A DNA stretch of 64,000 nt from Octopus vulgaris (Eukaryota), in the NCBI GenBank assembly GCA_951406725.2, contig OX597822.1, forward strand, positions 90,644,001 to 90,708,000, read 5' to 3'. Every line of letters starts with the position of its first letter. Position 1 is the stretch's first letter. A program made the translations under genes and the position numbers. Of the stretch, positions 13,801 to 28,137 are shown piece after piece. The notes beneath the pieces are model-generated. The model ran no database searches. It was not told where the DNA came from and was given only the letters and a program-made list of their open reading frames with translations.

Positions 13801-14400
13801 ACATCTTGGCAGTAATGAAAATAATTAAACAAATTACTTTGAATCATCGATTGAGAAGCATAATGATTCATATAGTATACAATATCTTTTTCTTTTTTAA
13901 GTGATTCCATTAATATGTTGTGTACCACCAAAGTGGTACTCATCATCTCCATCATGTTGTGCTTGGGCAGTGTTTGCTGTGACATTGTTTCTTGAATGTC
14001 ACCTATAAATTATATCAGTAAAAATTGTGGATTTTTATTCTGTAAAAGCTCTAAGAGAGCCAATTCTGCGATGAATTTGTTGTGGCACTTTGAAAGACAG
14101 CATAAATCTAATTTATCTATTAATTGTTGCTCAAAATTATGTTATTTGTAAAGCACTGTCAGATGCTCAAATATTTTTGAGAAAGTGTTTTATTCTCAAG
14201 TGGTATTCAAAAAGAAAAGCCATTTCGAATTTTGATGGCTCACTTATAGGTAAAAGGACCTTATAATTTACCTAATACTCAATGATTCACTGTCACATGT
14301 TTTGCACATAGAGTCCAGGCATAACATTTTTACAGATGCATAATCATGATTAAGAATATAATTTAATGCCATACCCTGCTATTGAATTTATCCATACTTT
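10856..14400 (-). mobile_element. Decayed Helitron (Rep remnant) in Ral intron 1, with nested inserts
   Basis: Minus-strand fragments HFLKNI, FKVPQQIHRRIGSL, MYAKTENKRLWYI, HHLIARVFHLK and WQKRGLPHAHISIW (HUH motif) at ~13320-14400; possible 3' CTAG terminus at 10856-10859. Linking the two parts is inferred. Confidence 0.7.
11532..13093. mobile_element. Tc2/pogo-like TIR element nested in the Helitron
   Basis: TA|CCGTAAAAACCCATGTAATTTGCGCAC ... GTGCATAAATTACATGGTTTTTTTCCGG|TA; subterminal repeats; no intact ORF. Confidence 0.65.
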
Positions 14401-14763
14401 TTCTGCAGATTGTCTCTGCAAAACTTTTCCTTTTTCATCTTATTTTTCATTCTTTTTCAGTCATATACTCTATTTATTCTATCTTTCTCTCTCTCTCCTT
14501 TTTTTTACAATTGTATTTTTTTCTTGTGCTTTTTTTATTTCTCTAATTCTCCTCTCCTTGTAATTATGTTACTCTACCTTTATCACTTTCTTGTTCTCTT
14601 GGTCATCTCTCATATTCCCTTTCTCTTGCAACCCTATTTTCATCATTTTTTTTTTTTTAATTTCTTCTAATATTGTCTTGCTACTATGCACTGTTAATTT
14701 TTTAATTCTCATTCCATTATTTTCTTTTTGACTCACTTGTGATGTTTCTTTTTCCTCTATATT

Positions 14764-15119
14764 TCTTTTATACTCTTGACTGCAGCCATGCTGGAGCACT
14801 GCCTTTAGTTGAGCAAATCGACCCCGGGACTTATTATTTGTAAGCCCAGTGCTTATTCTATCGGTCTCTTTTGCCGAACTGCTAAGTGAAGGGGACGTAA
14901 ACACACCAGCATCGGTTGTCAAGCAATGCTAGGGGGACAAACACACACACACACACACACACACATACATATACATATATATACATATATACGACAGGCT
15001 TCTTTCAGTTTCTGTCTACCAAATCCACTCACAAGGCATTGGTCGGCCTGGGGCTATAGCAAAAGACACTTGCCCAAGATGCCACGCAGTGGGACTGAAC
15101 CCGGAACCATGCGGTTGGT
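14764..15119 (-). mobile_element. tRNA-derived SINE, near full-length
   Basis: Near reverse complement of 32240-32615, including the internal (CA)/(TA) tract and the GCTCCAGCATGG tail. Confidence 0.85.
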
Positions 15120-16726
15120 TATGAGAAAGAGAGCATTGTAGTGATAGTTGTCAATTTGACCACTTTATAATTCAGATATGTCACTTTTGAATCTGTATGA
15201 TGAACAGAAGAATAATTTTTGCAATGAACCTGTAGAATTGTAGAATTCCCAAATATCCAGCTAATTCAACATTAAAGACTTACATCCTTACTCATGCATG
15301 ATTATTATTCCTGTATTATGCTATTAGGAATTGCAGTTATTGCATAGGTACTGTACAGCTTCCTTTTGAAGAGTTTGGAAAATTAAGCTGTTATTGAGCA
15401 ATAGTGATACTGTTCTAAACAGGCAATAATCATCACCCATGACTTTTTTGAAAAAGATATGATTTTGTTCTATATTTTTCAATGGATTTAATGAATTTAA
15501 ACTTTAGATGGTTACTTTGCAAAGAGAATGGTGATTGATAATCTCAACCCCAAAGACTGAGAAGAGTGAAGCAGTACCAATTTCCTTAGATAATATCAAT
15601 TGTCTCAGTTGGTTATTATGCTTGGGAATCCAGTCGGAAAGTGTAATGACAGCTGCTTCTGATATGACCCAATGGAAGAGGTGTCTGATCTACCCCCATG
15701 GCTCTCCCAGGAATAGTGGGCAGAAAAAATGGATGACTGGATATCTCCAAGTTTATAGGTATGCATGCACATGGGGATAGATAGGTATGTGTACATATAT
15801 GTACATATCAGTGTATTACTTTTCTAACTTTGTGATAGATGACTGGCTAAGTACAATTTATAAGTAGTAAAGAAAAAAAAAATACCAAATATTTCTCCAA
15901 AAATTCAGTGTTTCACCTTCCTTGTTGATTTCTTGTTTATAAAGAGTGCAGTAATTAATCATGGCATCAAGCGAAAGTTATGAGTCTAAGCAATTGATGA
16001 AACTTCTTTAAAAGTTATCTTCTGCTCCCAACTAGAAAAAGGAATACTTCAGTTGTTTCTGGTTAATTTCAGCTTAAATGTTAGTCAAATAACTGTGTGT
16101 ATGTATGTGTGTGATAGAGAGGGAGACAGGAGCAAAAGAGTGGTATGAAAGACAAGAAAGAGAGAGTAGGAGAGAATGAGTTGCAGACAGGGGAATAAAA
16201 AGGAATGTAAAAGATAGGGAGAGAGAGAGAGAAAGAAAAAATCAGTTTGACTTAATTGCAACTATGTGCCTGTTTGTGAAATGCTATTTTCTTAGATTTG
16301 TATGTAATGTTCTATGTGTACAGCATACATGATCAAGTAGATCTACAAGCTAAAGTATTCAAGCTATAAATTGTCTTTGTTTTCTTCTCATCTAATGAGT
16401 CGTTCCATTTTTTAAAGATGGCAGTGTGTGATATTGAGGTAGATTTGGTTATTTTTAGCAACTGTGCAGAGATTTTCTCATTTGGCTTGTGTCTAGACAT
16501 ACATACATACATACATATAAATACTCAAACATTAATACATACATGTGTATATAACGGGAAGCTTTATGAAAATAGACAAAAGACGAAGGCAGGTGGAATA
16601 CAAACAAACAATTGTATTAGTATGGCGCTCAGGAATATAAATAAAACAAGTCTTTAACATTTCGAGCCTACACTCTTCAACAGAAAGATACACAGAAAAG
16701 AAACACAGAAAGAAACAAGGAGAGAA

Positions 16727-17215
16727 ATGCATACCTATATACTTAGAGATATCCAGTCATTCTTTTATTTTCTGCCCACTATTCCTGGGAGAGCCATGGG
16801 GGTAGATCAGGCACCTCTTCCATTGGGTCATATCAGAAGCAGCTGTCATTACACTTTCCGACTGGATTCCCAAGCATAATAACCAACTGAGACAATTGCT
16901 ATTATCCAACCATCTCATTCTTGGTCTACAGCTATGTCTCCTGCTAATTGGCTTGGCTTGAAAAATCTATCTTGTGATTCTTTCCTGCAACTTGCTAATC
17001 CCATGTCCATAGTACCAGAGTTGTGATCTGTCAATGTGTAGAAGTAATGGCTCCCTGATCTCCAAGCTACACATCCAGCTGAGTGACGTTACTCCAGAGA
17101 TCCTTCAGAAGAACCCCATTTTGGCCACTCGTATTTGCAATCGTACTTTTTCAATCATTACCCAACATTCATGATCATAGATGTGGATTGGCACGGAAAC
17201 TGAATTGAAGGCTGC
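16727..17215 (-). mobile_element. RTE (Rex3/Expander-like) LINE 3' remnant
   Basis: Minus strand reads VPIHIYDHECWVMIEKVRLQIRVAKMGFF*RISGV...EPLLLHIDRSQLWYYGH...RPRMRW. Confidence 0.75.
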
Positions 17216-17666
17216 CTGTTTGACAGAAGTGTCAATCTTTTATCTGGATGAAGCTAGTTTGAGAGGAATGAATGGTCATATACATTAGAAAGTGTATGAT
17301 TAAAGGTGACCAAATCTTCTGTGAATATATTTAGTATAATGTACAAGTGGTCAGTGAGGAGAGAACATTCATGTCAGTAAAGAAGGTGACATTCACATTT
17401 GGAAGTGAAGGCAATAAACTAGTGGTGAGCATAATCTGAGAGGCTACCATTTTTGGAAAGGGGACGCTATCATGTTTCCACAACTTCAAATAGAAATCCA
17501 AAGAAAGAAAGTTTGTTTACTATAAGGATTTCAACTTAAGACCTACAGTTTAGGCTCTATGGTTAGAACATTGGAATAGTTAACTGATGAAATTAATATA
17601 CATAGTAGTTGTTTGTATATGTTGATGAAGGAAGTAGATTTAAACATATTTTAAAATGGACCATTG

Positions 17667-17928
17667 TTTGGAGTAAAGATTGTTTGCCAACATAACATGG
17701 CAGTCCTGGTTTAGGACAAATGTTGTTGCAATTTAGCTCCAAGAAACATCATCTCCAGCTGGCTATACAACACGATCTGTGTCCTTATAATTTCAAACAA
17801 AGGAATATAAGGTCACAGATTGTATCGTATAGCCAGCTGGAGACAATGTCTCTTGGGGCTAAATTACAGCAACATTTGTCCTAAATCAGGACTGCCATGT
17901 TATGTTGGCAAACAATCTTTACTCCAAA
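17667..17928. repeat. Foldback/MITE-like inverted repeat
   Basis: ~123-bp arms (17667-17789, 17806-17928) with about 11 substitutions; outer 42 bp perfect. Confidence 0.9.
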
Positions 17929-18377
17929 GTACTGTTGCTGAATATCTCTTGTGAGATTTAAAAAATAGTAATTTTCGGACCATTGTTTGTTGTATATGTG
18001 CATACTGTAGATTGGGAAAGTGGCCCAGAGTCGTGTATTATATATTTTGTTTGTACTGCAGTGGTGGTGTTTATTATGAATTACTGGATTATGGGTATCA
18101 AGTGTATAAGTCTCTGTCAATCACTAAACTGTCTCAAGTGGGTTTGGATTAAGGACATTTGCTGTCAGTGGCTGTCAGAATTAGAACCAATGAAGTTCTC
18201 TGACTGATTTGAAATAACAGTCAGTGTAGTGTTTTAAAATTTAGTGACCTGCAATGGGAACCTATTAATACAGATCTTGGGATGTTTGAGTGAGAGATAG
18301 GTTTTAAGGTAAAGAAAATATTGAAAATATCTGAAAAGTCAGTGGATTGGTTAAGAATAGTTCCAGTTTCTTTGTAA

Positions 18378-18635
<258 letters not shown>

Positions 18636-18802
18636 TGAGTACATAGCTTTCTCTATGTCTTTTTTGCTCATTTAAATGATGTTATGATTTCTTTGAATAT
18701 ATGCTTATCTATGAATGTTGATAAAACTCTTGTTGTGATGTTTGGTAGTACGCATAGTCCTTTGAGACAGATTTGAGTATGTTAGGTACGGTTTTGTTTC
18801 AA

Positions 18803-19520
18803 TCATCCTCATCATCATCATCATATGTCCGCTTTCCATGCTAGCACGGGTTGGGTGATTTGACTGAGGCCTGGCAAATCAGATGGCTGCACCGGACTCC
18901 AATCTGATCTGGCAGAGTTTCTACAGCTGGATGCCCTTCTTAACACCAACCACTCCGAGAGTGTAGTGGGTGCTTTTACGTGCCACTGGCATGAAGGCCA
19001 GTCAGGCGGTACTGGCAACGGCCACGCTCAAATGGTGCTTTTTATGTGCCACCTGCACAGGAGCCAGTCCAGCAGCACTGGCAACGACCTCACTTGAATG
19101 TTTTTTCACGTGCCACCAGCACAAGTGCTAGTAAGGTGATGCAGGTAATGATCACGCTTGGATGATGTTTTTAACGTGCCATCAGCTTGGAGGCCAGCTT
19201 GTTGCTCTGGCCCCGATCTCACTCGTATGGTACTCTAAGCGCTCCACTAGCACGGATGCCAGTCATCGAATTTGATTTCGATTGCCTCAACAAGTCTTTG
19301 CAAGCAGAGTTTAGTGTCCAATGAAGGAAAGACACACATAAGGGGACTGGTTACACCCCTGGCATAGGCCACAAGGTTATGGTCTCACTTGCGCTTGCCG
19401 AGTCCTCTCAAGCACAGCATATTTCCAGAGGTCCTGGTCACATTGCCTTGGTGAGGCCCAGTGTTTGAAGGTCATGCTTCACCACCTCATCCCAGGTCTT
19501 CCTGGGTCTACCTTTTTTAC
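18803..19520 (-). mobile_element. RTE LINE 3' end with (GAT)n tail
   Basis: (CAT)n followed by GTCCGCTTTCCATGCTAGC...CTACAGCTGGATGCCCTT; same family as 57414-58405. Confidence 0.8.
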
Positions 19521-21071
19521 AGTGAATATCCTTGACTGTCCTACTGTTTTCCTTATCTTTACATCATTAAGGCCCTTTTGGTTGTATAGCTGGAACCTTA
19601 ATTTCACAGATCTAGTATGTGGCTTATGGCAGGTTGTCCTATAGAAACTCTCAGTTTTCTGTTATAAGACTATCACATCTTCACCATAGGCACAATCTAA
19701 TACTTTTATGAACAGCCATATGGCAAAGGCATTTTTCAGTTTTCATACTTTTCTTCTCTAGTTTCTCTTGTGTCTGTAGGTGTGTTTAGTTCATATCTCT
19801 TATCCTAGGGGAAAATTTAGTATTCACATCCAACAGTCATGTTTCTTGAAGAGTATGGACTCATGTGTTCACTTGAATGTTAGATGATCAAGTGGCTGAA
19901 AATTGTTGGGTCATTTGTGCAACAAAACATTGATCTGTTCTTCATTCTTTGTGTCATAGCCATAACCTCCATGTACACTGGAGTAACAATTCTGTTGATC
20001 AACATGTTCATTAATGTCTCCAGCTATGCTGTTGCCTGTTATTGAGGTAGATAAAATAAAAATGTGTCTGAGACTTCAAACTGCATTGGTGGAAGATTAA
20101 ACTGCTTTTGTATTGTCAACTGGGGAAATGGTCTGTCTGATTCATGCGTTTTCTTCAAACTTTAAGAGTTCTTTGAATCTGTAGTTGTTGCATTAGCATG
20201 TCCCTTAATTGAAGATTAAATTGCTGTTACACTGTCAAATGGATGACATGTAGAATAGTGGGATATCTGCTTGAGCAACTTCAATATGTGACCAGTGACC
20301 AAACAGATGAACATGTGCCTATCCCCTCTGCTGATCTTCTGCAAATTAAGGTGTGAAACTTCGTTTCAGCATGTTTTCATTGCTGACTAATCTTGGGAAA
20401 TTTCTATTGATTTAGGCCCTTTCGTTTATCTTGTATTGAAGTTTTTCCAATAAATTTGTAATTATTGTGACTTCATGACGACTAGGCTGTTTTTAATTAA
20501 TGAGCAATTCGTGGAATGATGTGAAAGAGAATTGGTTAATTCAGCTGTTGTCTAACTGTTGTAATTTTCTAATGTTGTCTCTCTCGTGTTTTCCATGCAA
20601 TGACAGGCTGATGTGTGTTTGCAGATATTTTTGATTAGATCAATGTCAACAGTATATCCAGTCCCTACATGAAAGCCATATCAGCAGACCATAATTGAAA
20701 ATATACATTAACCATTTAGATAAGTTGTAACAATCGCTCTAGCAATTGATTATTTATAGGGATTGAAAGACTCAAAATATTTTATTCATATTGACAAACA
20801 TGTTGACAGTTTTTCCTACACCAAATCTATTGCATTGATTTTAGTTCTATTTTATAAAATAGAACTAAAATTGCTTTTTAGTATCATATTCTGCCGTTGA
20901 AGTGTGTTTGCATTGAGATACAAATATTCAATTGCTGGTGATGATAATTTTAAAATGTGTGAGTTGAGTAACTGCTCCGAGAGAAAGTCACACATTTGAA
21001 TTTAATTTAATGTCACCAAATGTTTTGATTTCTTCAAATTAGTAATGTTACACTATTTTTTTCTTCCCCAG

Positions 21072-21246
21072 GGAACAAATTCTAAGAGTTAAAAATGATG
21101 ACAATATTCCATTCCTACTAGTTGGCAACAAAGCTGATCTTGAGGACAAACGTCAAGTCAGTGCAGATGAAGCTAGTCAGAGGGCTGTCCAGTGGAATGT
21201 GTCTTATGTAGAAACTTCAGCTAAAACTAGAGCTAATGTTGATAAG
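21072..21246 (+). CDS. Ral: Ral GTPase coding exon 3 (175 nt)
   Basis: Translates [58 protein letters not shown] (NKxD and SAK motifs). Acceptor ttcttccccAG; donor AAG|gtatga; phase fits exon 2. Confidence 0.98.
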
Positions 21247-21599
21247 GTATGAATTGTTGATTAATTATTGACCTTTGTGTTTGAATATTGTTGGATATAT
21301 TGCTTTTACAGATGGATTCCCTTCAAGCTACTAATCATTCAAGTTTGTAGTCTATCACTAAAACCACAATTATTAATTTCTACTCAAGTTTTTATATTGG
21401 TGATCCATAGCAACCTATAGGGTGTCCACAGGGTGATTAGCTCTGTTTGTATGATCAAAGTTATCAAACCAGAATTTTTTCATGATTAATGTACACTTTC
21501 TTATAAGTTCTGTAGAGCCTTACTCTGCTTTCCTTACAGTTGCCCTTCTGTTTAGTTGTATCTAAATTGTCTTATCAGATTTTACCACTGTAGGATGTG

Positions 21600-22195
21600 T
21601 TGGGACTCCTGCTGTCACACTCTCAATCGACTTGAATGTTTGTCAGGGTTTGGTTTTGTCCCCAACTCTCTTCCTTCTGTGCTTCAATGATCTACTTACT
21701 GCCACATCCAACAACACCCATGCTGATGACATGAACCTTCATTCCTCCTTAACATTCCCTAACCATATTTCATCCACACATAACCTACATACCACACACC
21801 AAACCTGGATTGATTCCAGAAATGAAAATCTTGAGAGCATATTCTGTGGGGCCTTGCTAACCTTGTCTCTTTTAACAATGAAAAAGCTAAAGCACTACTC
21901 ACAATGCCATAGTCCCCCTTAAGCATGTATGACAATCAGCTAGAGCTTCACAGTCACTTCAAATGCTGGACCTTACTATCACCAAGGATCTCTCCAGGCA
22001 AAAGCATATCAATAAGGTAGTGAGGACCGTATCCCAAAATCTGGCCATTCACTTTAGGGTCAGAACATATCTCAGCCCCTATCAGCTGTTGACTCTCTAC
22101 AAAGCTCAGTTGAGGCTTTCAGTGGAGTAGTGCACACACAAATGGGATGGTATTGCTACTGGACACACAAACATCCTAAACTGGATCCAGAGAAT
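21600..22195 (+). mobile_element. CR1/Jockey-like RT remnant
   Basis: QGLVLSPTLFLLCFNDLL...HADD (RT motifs), decayed. Confidence 0.7.
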
Positions 22196-23329
22196 GTTTA
22201 TTATTAGTAAATGTTATCATTCATTACATATTTCTCCTTATTTTCTCAACTATATATTTCTGTTAGTATTAAACAGTCTTTAATTTTCATTCTTTACAAT
22301 GTTAGCTTCGTTTTTATCCATTTTCTCTCACCTATAACCCTTTCTTTGAAGGATGTATATAATTTACTCCCCAAACAACTCATTACCAGCTCTTCCTCCT
22401 ATGTATGAGTATGGTGTATATGTATGTGCACATATGTCTGTGTGTGTGTGTGTGTGCAGCCCTTATTCCCACACCCACTCTATCCCTGTCAAGCCTTCCC
22501 CATCTCTCATCTTCCTAATACCCATCCCTCCATCTAACTATGGCACTATTCAGCTGCTGTAATTATATGAGAGAATTGCATGCGTTTCATTATTATATTG
22601 CTCCTCTGCACTCTTTCTGTACTGTCACTTATCAGCTCTTTCTTCTTGAGCCACTCCTGTTTCTTTCCCCTTTTCCCGAAACTCATATATACCATCCACC
22701 ATATCTCCACCTTTGTTTGCCATTCACTACATTCACTTCTATCTCTATCTTTAACTGTCTGTCACTTTCCTCTCTTGCACACTGCCAACCATTCCAGGTC
22801 TTCTATCACTATTCTTTCTTTTACACACCTTGTACCTTAATATGTCCTGACATTTATCTCTACCATCTTTAACTCTCTTTCCTGCTTCTCCCATTCACCC
22901 TTATATAGTATGGGGCAGCCATGTATCTCTGCTACATCATGACCTTGTTTGTCCATCTGTCATATGTGGCATACATCTTCCTCCCTTTCTACTACCCCAC
23001 TCAGTTGAGAGCTCTATTTTGTCTTGTGAGTTACATGGCTACCTCATTTGTGCTGGTGCCATGGAAAAGCATTCAGTACACTCTGTAACATGGCTGACAT
23101 TAGGAAGAGCATCAAACATAGAAATCATGCCTTGGCAGACATTTAAGCTTGACACAGTCCTCTTGCATGTAGGATCTTGCAAAATTGTCTAACCCATGCC
23201 AGTATGAAAGGTAGACATTAAATGATGATTATGATTGTGTGTATATGTGTCTTTTTGCATCTCATCATCAATTAACATCAGGCTTCCATAAGTTTTAGCG
23301 ATTCATAAGTTGTTTCAACACCCAGTCAT

Positions 23330-23990
23330 AATGCTGCAGAAGCCATGTAAGCCAGCTTCTTCCTGAGCAGAAGCCCTGCTGGGTGTCAGGAAGCAAGTCA
23401 TTATCTTCTAAGAGTATGATCAGCTTCTTATTGACAGTTCATTCTATGAATTGGCTGGCATGTGAAGTTAGAGAGGCAAGCCTATAAATTTTAATGTCCT
23501 TTATGGACAGGACATATTTGCTTTGTCTTTAACTTTCTGAGAAGTCTATCACTTGCAAGGAAGCTTTGGAGAAGATCTGCAGTGGTTTTGCTTGGGCTTT
23601 TTTTTTTTTTTTTTTTTTGAAGATTGCTGGGAATCCATCAGGGCCAGTGACTGAGTCTAAGCTCATTTGATCAATGGCTGATATTACATCAGTTTTCTCT
23701 ATTTCCATGTAATTGATAATTGCCATTCCTTCATGTAGAGTGGTGGTGTCAAAGAACTCATCTAGCATATTTATTTGCAAGTGTTCCAATAGAAATGTAG
23801 TAACACTTTTGTATTGCATATTTAATTTTTCACTTGTTTTTTTGGGTGTCTGCACTCAGTGAGCCATTTTCTTCAAACAGTGGCCCTATCTTGTACTGTA
23901 TTGAAGCAGACTCTTTTGCAAATCTATTGAAGGCATTAGCCCTGGCTTCTTTGTCTGCTCTCTATTTTGAGAGTATTTGAGTTAATTTTT
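23330..23990 (-). mobile_element. CR1/L2-like LINE remnant
   Basis: DVISAIDQMSLDSVTGPDGFPAIFKK...AKPLQI; homologous to 62350-62950. Confidence 0.7.
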
Positions 23991-25652
23991 TTTTATTTCA
24001 AGCAGTGCTCACTTTACCTAGTAAGGAAATTTTTTTCTGTTAAACTGCAGGAGTGCGAAGCTATAGGACCCATTGTTCACAGGGCTTATAAAATGTCATT
24101 ACTATTTGTGTTTTACTCAGATGATTTGAATCAAAGAATGTTCTGTGTTCAAATCTCACTGGGGTCAATTTTTGCCTTGCATTGTTTCAAGGTTAATAGA
24201 ATAATTACCAATAAAATACTGAATTGATTAAATCAAATCACCCCCAAAGTTTGTTCAATTGTAGTGTTATCCTAATATTATGAACCATTATTACTTTCAT
24301 TATAATTTGGCGCAAAACCTATAAAGTCTGAAAAATAGAATTATTTTAAACTAGTAATGAAGTATACCCATGTATACAAATTAAGAAATTTATGTAAATT
24401 TGCTACAGTTCCATATAAAACATATACTGAGGTAAGTTTCATACCCTATTTCAATGTTTTACTGATTAATTTGATTTAAAATCGAGAGGTGGGATATAAT
24501 CTGATGTAAAGGCTACCACTCAAGGAAGATTAGTTTATGTCTTGCAGCAGTGTTGGACCTAACATATTTTGAAATTATCAATAATCCTCAACCTAAATAT
24601 TCTCTAGTATAATTATGTAACACATCTTTATTGATACTGAAAACATCCTTCAATGTATGTTCTGTAAAATGTGATCCTTATAATAATAGTAGCATTTTTA
24701 TTACTATTAATGATAATGACTTCTCAGGTAGGCACAATGTCATGTGTTTATTGGGAAGGATATAATCATGGAATTATTGGGGTAAAGCTATAGTTGTTTA
24801 ACATCAATCCCTGTCTAGTATATCATATTTTATCAACTCCTGACAGATGAAAGGCAAATTCTATTTTGGAAGGATTTATATAGAAAATATAAACAGGATA
24901 TAAGCACCACAAGATACTTAATCTAATTGATTATTGTATCTATCACTTAACTGATCTGCTGCAATAATAATAATGATTTCTTTTATTTGTCACAAGGCAT
25001 AGATGAAGGGAACATTACAAGAATATACTTTTTGTGGTGGGAAAAGACAGTGAAATAAGATAAAAGCATGCGCCATATATAAGCATGTGAATACATGAAT
25101 GATGCAATCCTCCTGATACAGGAGGATTGCATCATTCAAGGGCCAACTAGATTCATCATTACCTTGACAACCAAAAGCATGAGCCCTAACTCAACTGTTG
25201 TTCTCTAAACTATAAGTGCATGCTTAGAGTAGGTCCATACACCCTAACCATTTTTGTAACAAATTTTTGCTGTTTTTTTTCCCAAATTAACAGAGAGAGA
25301 GCATTTCCCTCTCCACCCTCACTTTCCTTTTCAAATGGAACTTAAAAAGTCAATGAAGGCTTGGCTGAAGAGGGAGGTGTCTTGACTCAATCCTTTCAGA
25401 CTTATCCACTACAAAACCTCTTTTTCCATAACCACTAGACAAAGGAATAATAATAATAATAATAATAATAATAGTGTTATTTGTTTCTTTGAAAATTATA
25501 ATGTCTTTTAAGTCCTAATGTATAATTATGGGAATATAAGTTTGAGGCTGTTGCATAATTTATGTAGTAAACCATTACCATTGTTTTAACATTGTCTTTT
25601 TAGCCAAATCATTAATGCACTATTACGTGAATTATTCTTTTTCTTTTTCCAG

Positions 25653-25793
25653 GTGTTTTATAATCTTTTATCATTAAGCCAGAAATGGAAACGATCTGTT
25701 GGCTCTTCTCAGACCCAACATGCCAATATTTCTGTGGGAAATTCAAGCCACAGAAAGGGCACCAAACATAAAAAGAAATGTACTATTCTGTGA
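25653..25793 (+). CDS. Ral: Ral alternative terminal exon 4a (divergent tail, CAAX CTIL; predicted 210-aa isoform)
   Basis: Strong acceptor ttctttttctttttccAG; in-frame VFYNLLSLSQKWKRSVGSSQTQHANISVGNSSHRKGTKHKKKCTIL*; polybasic stretch plus CAAX; AATAAA at 25860-25865. Confidence 0.85.
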   Translation: MFYNLLSLSQKWKRSVGSSQTQHANISVGNSSHRKGTKHKKKCTIL

Positions 25794-28137
25794 TTTTGGT
25801 AGCTAGCTTTAGCCTTCTTAAGTCCTCCAAGTAATTCTTAAAAAATGTTCAAAATATCTAATAAATTCCCTTTTCCTTGTTTTTCTTTCCTTAATTTATT
25901 TTGCTTTAATTCATCTCAGTTTTTATCTTCCACCCCTTATGCTCTTACTCTTACAATTTGAATTATTTTTGGTGAACCATTTTTTGTTATTAGTTTCAGT
26001 GTTAAATTTTGTAATGTAAGATACAGCATGGGCTAAATACATTTCAGTATTTAGTTCCCCTAACTTGTTTCCAAGCTAAAATTCTATCAAAAATCACTTA
26101 AAACTCAGTATTCTTTGGGCTGAAAAAAAATGTGTATATAATGTACTTAAGTTAAAATAATTGACTTTGATACTTTTCTTTACAAAATTACATAGGAAAA
26201 CATCCTCCACCACTAAAATATGAAAATTTATCCCCATTAGAAACAAAAGATTCAAAATGTATATCCATGAAAAACAGGGCTACACATTTTGTTCAATGTA
26301 CTACCAATTCTGCCAATGCATGTCCTCGTGCACGCACACATACACTCACACACACACAAAAAGAAAACTGGCACATTTTTAGAATTTTTCAAAAATTGGT
26401 ATATTTTGCCATTAAAAAATTTATTGTTAGCAATTTAACCTCTCAACCAAAAAAAAAAAAGAGTCCAATATTTTAGTTTCCTGGATTTTAAGCCAATGTC
26501 TCTACACATATAGTAGACTTTTGATCTAATTTAATGTCAACATTAAATTTCTCTTCTTTCAGAGTAGAATTGCTTCAAAATTTGGCAAGCTGCTTGTATT
26601 TCTTAGTTTTGATTGTTGATAGCTCATTCAATACTCATACTTTTGAAAAAGAAATGAGCATTGTGCAATCTCATATCTACATTTCTATAAATATGAGGTT
26701 TTTTGGTTAAAAATTCCATACTTTTGATTTGGGAGTGTACGACTATAACGAAATGTCTAATTAATGAATACATAGCTCTAAGAGTATATACCAGGTCCAT
26801 AAGCAGGTTTCAATTGGCTGTTAACTATTTAACACCATTTTTTCCTTCCCAGTGAACTTGACTCTAGCAAGCATAGCTATGCAGTTAAGAAGCCTGCTTC
26901 CCAACCATGTGGACTTGGGTTCAGTCTCACTGTGTGGAAACTTGGGTAAGTGTCTTCTAGTGATATTGCTCATTTCTAGTCTTCCTTTAGGGAGTATTAA
27001 CTTGCTTGGAAACAAGTGCGGATTGGCAGCGAGAAGAGCATCTAGTTGTAGAAAATCCAATTCAGAAACTTCTGTTTGGCTCCTGCAAGCATAGAAAAGC
27101 TCACAATGCAAACATGGTGAAACTCTCTCTCTTTCTCTCTGTTGCATTACTCTGACTGGATAATAGATGAGTTCTTTAGTATATTACTTACCTTGACTGA
27201 AATCTTGCTTTACCTTGTTAAATTATAATCCTTCTCTTTTGATTCTGGAATGTGGAATTGGAGAGCACTTTTGGCTTCATAAAAACCAACCAAGCATCTA
27301 ATTTAAATCTGTCACAAATGTCACACAGAGAGCTCTGCTGAATATTGTGGGAAGTTGTTGATGATGTCAATTTAATTACAGCAGAATATTAATGATGGTA
27401 CAACTCCAGCTGACAAATCAATAGGGTTACACTACTGACAAGATACAGTGTCTGTCTATATGGAGGTTCAGAGCCCCATTCCAGATTGCAATATGTGTTT
27501 GCCAAAACACATAATACATGTTCAGTTTATTCAGAGGTACATAAATACTAGAAGTTGTAAGAAATAGACACACTACAATTATTTTATTAGCTTTATAGTG
27601 CTGACTCCAGTTATCCCAAAGTTCTGTTGAAGGTGGTAGTAATCACTTTGTATCCCCTTCCTTTGAAATTTGTTTTTTGATTTTTGACTTGCTGAAGACA
27701 CTTTCACAAGTTTACTTATTTTTGGTGGGGCAATAACTAAACTTTTATGCCATGTCAATAAAGAAAATCATTTCTGATATTCTGGTTATGTGGATCTAGT
27801 TATAGCTGGACCCTGCTACCACTAATATCTCAATCAGCCAAATCTTGGGTAGTCTGTTTGAAAATAAGTAGCTTTACTTCACAACTATTATGGTTGGTAA
27901 ATAATCCACTAATTTTTCTTGTAATTCTATAAATAGCAATGTCCAACTATTGGATGGAAAGCAAAAGTTAAAAATAGCTATAAAAACATAGTAAAATATA
28001 AGAATTAACAAATTTTCAGATTGTTGCTCTTGAGCCCTTGTTTTTTCATTTTCTCCCTTTTTTAACTTGACCCGAATTCATTTGCTCCCTTTTTTTGTTG
28101 CTTTTCCCAATCAATTCTCCTTCACTTTTGCTTGTAG

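Noticed and set aside
16645-16685. Minus-strand TTGAAGA...CTCGAAA hammerhead-like motif
   Set aside because: Stems I and II do not pair adequately; at most a decayed repeat-end remnant.
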